From NCBI GenBank assembly GCA_017458005.1, contig JAFTGH010000033.1, positions 62,091 to 126,090 on the forward strand: a stretch of DNA of 64,000 nt. Direction: 5' to 3'. Numbering within the stretch: the stretch's first letter is position 1; the number at the start of each line of letters is the position of its first letter. Of the stretch, positions 62,297 to 64,000 are shown one piece after another. The notes under the pieces were generated by a model. It was not told where the DNA came from. It was given only the letters and a program-made list of their open reading frames with translations, and did no database searches. Position numbers and translations under genes: made by a program. Source of the DNA: Prevotella sp. Lineage in GTDB: Bacteria > Bacteroidota > Bacteroidia > Bacteroidales > Bacteroidaceae.

Positions 62297-64000
62297 TTAT
62301 ACTGTTATCTCTAGTTTCTGCAACTGACGGGCAAAGAGACGGGCACTGTCAGTTTCCGACAGGGTCATGCCATCACCGTTACCCTTATGGTAGGTTATCT
62401 GTGCACCGCAATATGAGAAAGAGAGGGTGCCATCTGGCAAGAACTCATCGTCTCTCAGAAGTGTCGGATGGAAGGACACCTTACCGTCCTTTACACGAAC
62501 TCCCAGTTCGCCAAAGCGACAAAGGATGTCTTCCTTTACCTGTCCAGTCATACCTGGCTGGCGCACACCCTTCCCCCATGGGGTATGGGAATAGGCATCT
62601 GTTGAGAAAGCACCATACTCACGGGCCGTTTTATGAACCCCTGTTCCCTCCAAGATAGCATGGTAGTGCTTGGCGAGGGCTGTCGACTCTGGGGCTTTAG
62701 CGTCCAGTGCTTGGAAGTAACACTCCTGTGTGGCAACCAACAATTTGGAAACCATGTGCCAATAGATGCTGCCAAGTCCCTCGTATGCATAGAAAGTGCC
62801 ACTACGTCCTGTAAACGCCTTGTGGTCGAAGGTCTCTTCAAACAGATCCAGCAAGATCTTTTGCTCATTCTCAGCCACGCCAATAGCATTCATCGCCGAA
62901 GCAAGGTCGCCTGCATTACGGAACGTCCCGTTAAAATGCAGTGTACCACAGACATCCTGACTGACCAGATGCTTGTCGCCTTTCTGCACCAATTCCCTTA
63001 ACAAGGGTGAGCGATCTATAGCGTCTTTCGGCAGACAATTCTTCTCCAAGAAACCTGGCAGTTCCTTATTGGGATAGAGCATGTAACTCTTCTGGTCCTC
63101 CCTCCATAGTTTGCTGTTACGAAGCGCATCCAGTACTGCGAGAGCCTCAGCAGAGGAAAGAACACCAGAACTAAGCACTGCCACCTGACCTTCCAACATC
63201 TCGGACAGTGAACGAATACCTGCGAAACGTCCCTCTGAAAGTTCCATGATATTATATGAATGATACAGACCATCGTCCCTGCGGTTGGCGCGAATACTTT
63301 CCTCTACAGGTTTCAGGGCTGCGGAGAGGAAAGCGAGCACGGACTCCCGCTGTACCTTCACACTTCCCTCACAGAAGGAGTGGGTGTAGATTTTCTGACG
63401 ATAGGTTGTTGAGGCATCGCCAAGGGCATCCATGACATCCTGTGTTTCCTTAAGGGCAAGGGCAGCCCCCGTAGCCTCCATCCATGTATAGACTTCCTGT
63501 GAGAGGGTAAACTCCGTTGTCTGTGAGGCAGCCACAATATCACGATAGAAGCGCAAGGCACGATGCAGATAACACAATGTCACCACCGACAGACCACCGC
63601 CCACCAAGGCGTTATTGGCATCGTTCCATTCTGGACGTTGCGTGTTCATCCAAATACCGCCATTAGGGATGAAATTAGATAGTTTGGCAAGTAATGACAC
63701 CAACACTTTCTCTAACAACGAGGCTTTTACGGTGGTCCCGTCAGGTCCCTTCAGCAGTGCGGCATCCACTCCTTGGATAGCCATCTCTTTCTTGAGTTGA
63801 TCGCTGAGAGGAGCATCAAAACGGATGGTGTCCTTGGGGTTCTGTAATATTTCCTGATAAGGTTTGATGCGATAGGGAACATTAGCAAAAGGATAGGCTG
63901 GGGTGTCAAGACGTGCCGAGAGTTGTCCAGGCACATGTGCCTCCTCTGCCTCCATCAGACGCAATAGATAGATAATCTGGTGGTCCCCCCAGTAGCCGAT
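62297..64000 (-). CDS. Large conserved hypothetical protein, C-terminal part (5' end outside window); possibly alpha/alpha-barrel carbohydrate-active
   Basis: Frame is open to the window edge (..IGYWGDHQIIYLLRLMEAEE). Motif RPEWNDANNALVGGG. Heads the GH30-symporter operon. Confidence 0.7.
   Translation of the reverse strand: MGYWGDHQIIYLLRLMEAEEAHVPGQLSARLDTPAYPFANVPYRIKPYQEILQNPKDTIRFDAPLSDQLKKEMAIQGVDAALLKGPDGTTVKASLLEKVLVSLLAKLSNFIPNGGIWMNTQRPEWNDANNALVGGGLSVVTLCYLHRALRFYRDIVAASQTTEFTLSQEVYTWMEATGAALALKETQDVMDALGDASTTYRQKIYTHSFCEGSVKVQRESVLAFLSAALKPVEESIRANRRDDGLYHSYNIMELSEGRFAGIRSLSEMLEGQVAVLSSGVLSSAEALAVLDALRNSKLWREDQKSYMLYPNKELPGFLEKNCLPKDAIDRSPLLRELVQKGDKHLVSQDVCGTLHFNGTFRNAGDLASAMNAIGVAENEQKILLDLFEETFDHKAFTGRSGTFYAYEGLGSIYWHMVSKLLVATQECYFQALDAKAPESTALAKHYHAILEGTGVHKTAREYGAFSTDAYSHTPWGKGVRQPGMTGQVKEDILCRFGELGVRVKDGKVSFHPTLLRDDEFLPDGTLSFSYCGAQITYHKGNGDGMTLSETDSARLFARQLQKLEITV

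Noticed and set aside
1-64000. Mobile elements, prophage, defence islands, tRNA/rRNA/tmRNA genes
   Set aside because: I found no integrase, transposase, phage structural gene, restriction, Cas or other recognisable defence gene, and no tRNA-like T-arm or acceptor pattern on either strand while reading through. The window is core-genome-like apart from the non-coding repeats.

Overview
64-kb chromosomal window that reads as Bacteroidota, probably Prevotella/Segatella-like. This is my reading of sequence features, not a database hit. The supporting features are TTTG-N19-21-TAnnTTTG promoters, no Shine-Dalgarno sequences, three T9SS C-terminal sorting tails ending NG(K/R)K(I/V)(I/V)(I/V)K, and roughly balanced GC.

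About 62 tightly packed protein genes are present:
- Housekeeping genes: rplS, nadK, pdxJ, ispD, recG, pgeF, obg, adk, hpt, nnr, fba.
- Glycoside hydrolases: GH53, GH9-like, GH115, GH30.
- An 8-gene minus-strand operon joining a YtrA-type GntR/ABC module to MacAB-adaptor-TolC.
- A cell-wall hydrolase trio: M23-LysM, NlpC/P60, CapA.
- Two AraC-flanked detox/oxidative-stress clusters.
- An SBP plus Cache-HAMP-PP2C sensor pair.

Two real genes fall below the ORF-track cutoff: a 56-aa 2x[4Fe-4S] ferredoxin and a 57-aa winged-helix-like protein. One aldo/keto reductase is frameshifted in a C4 run. I saw no rRNA, tRNA, CRISPR, integrase or transposase.

The structure not explained by genes is in non-coding DNA:
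1. A (GTAAAAAG)n octamer tract exactly fills the stop-to-start gap at four unrelated operon junctions. At two of them it comes with a homologous start-codon plus LPFYL-type signal-peptide module.
2. A ~400-bp intergenic element occurs in two copies (plus a possible degenerate third). Its flanks are conserved, and its long central hairpin keeps its structure but not its sequence.
3. Two arrays of four exactly 22-bp-phased palindromic sites sit in regulatory regions. One lies behind a canonical promoter with no ORF.
4. Duplicated promoter cassettes are present, one as a 73-bp tandem and one as a 20-bp perfect inverted pair.

All functional readings of these are hypotheses that need genome-wide and experimental checks.
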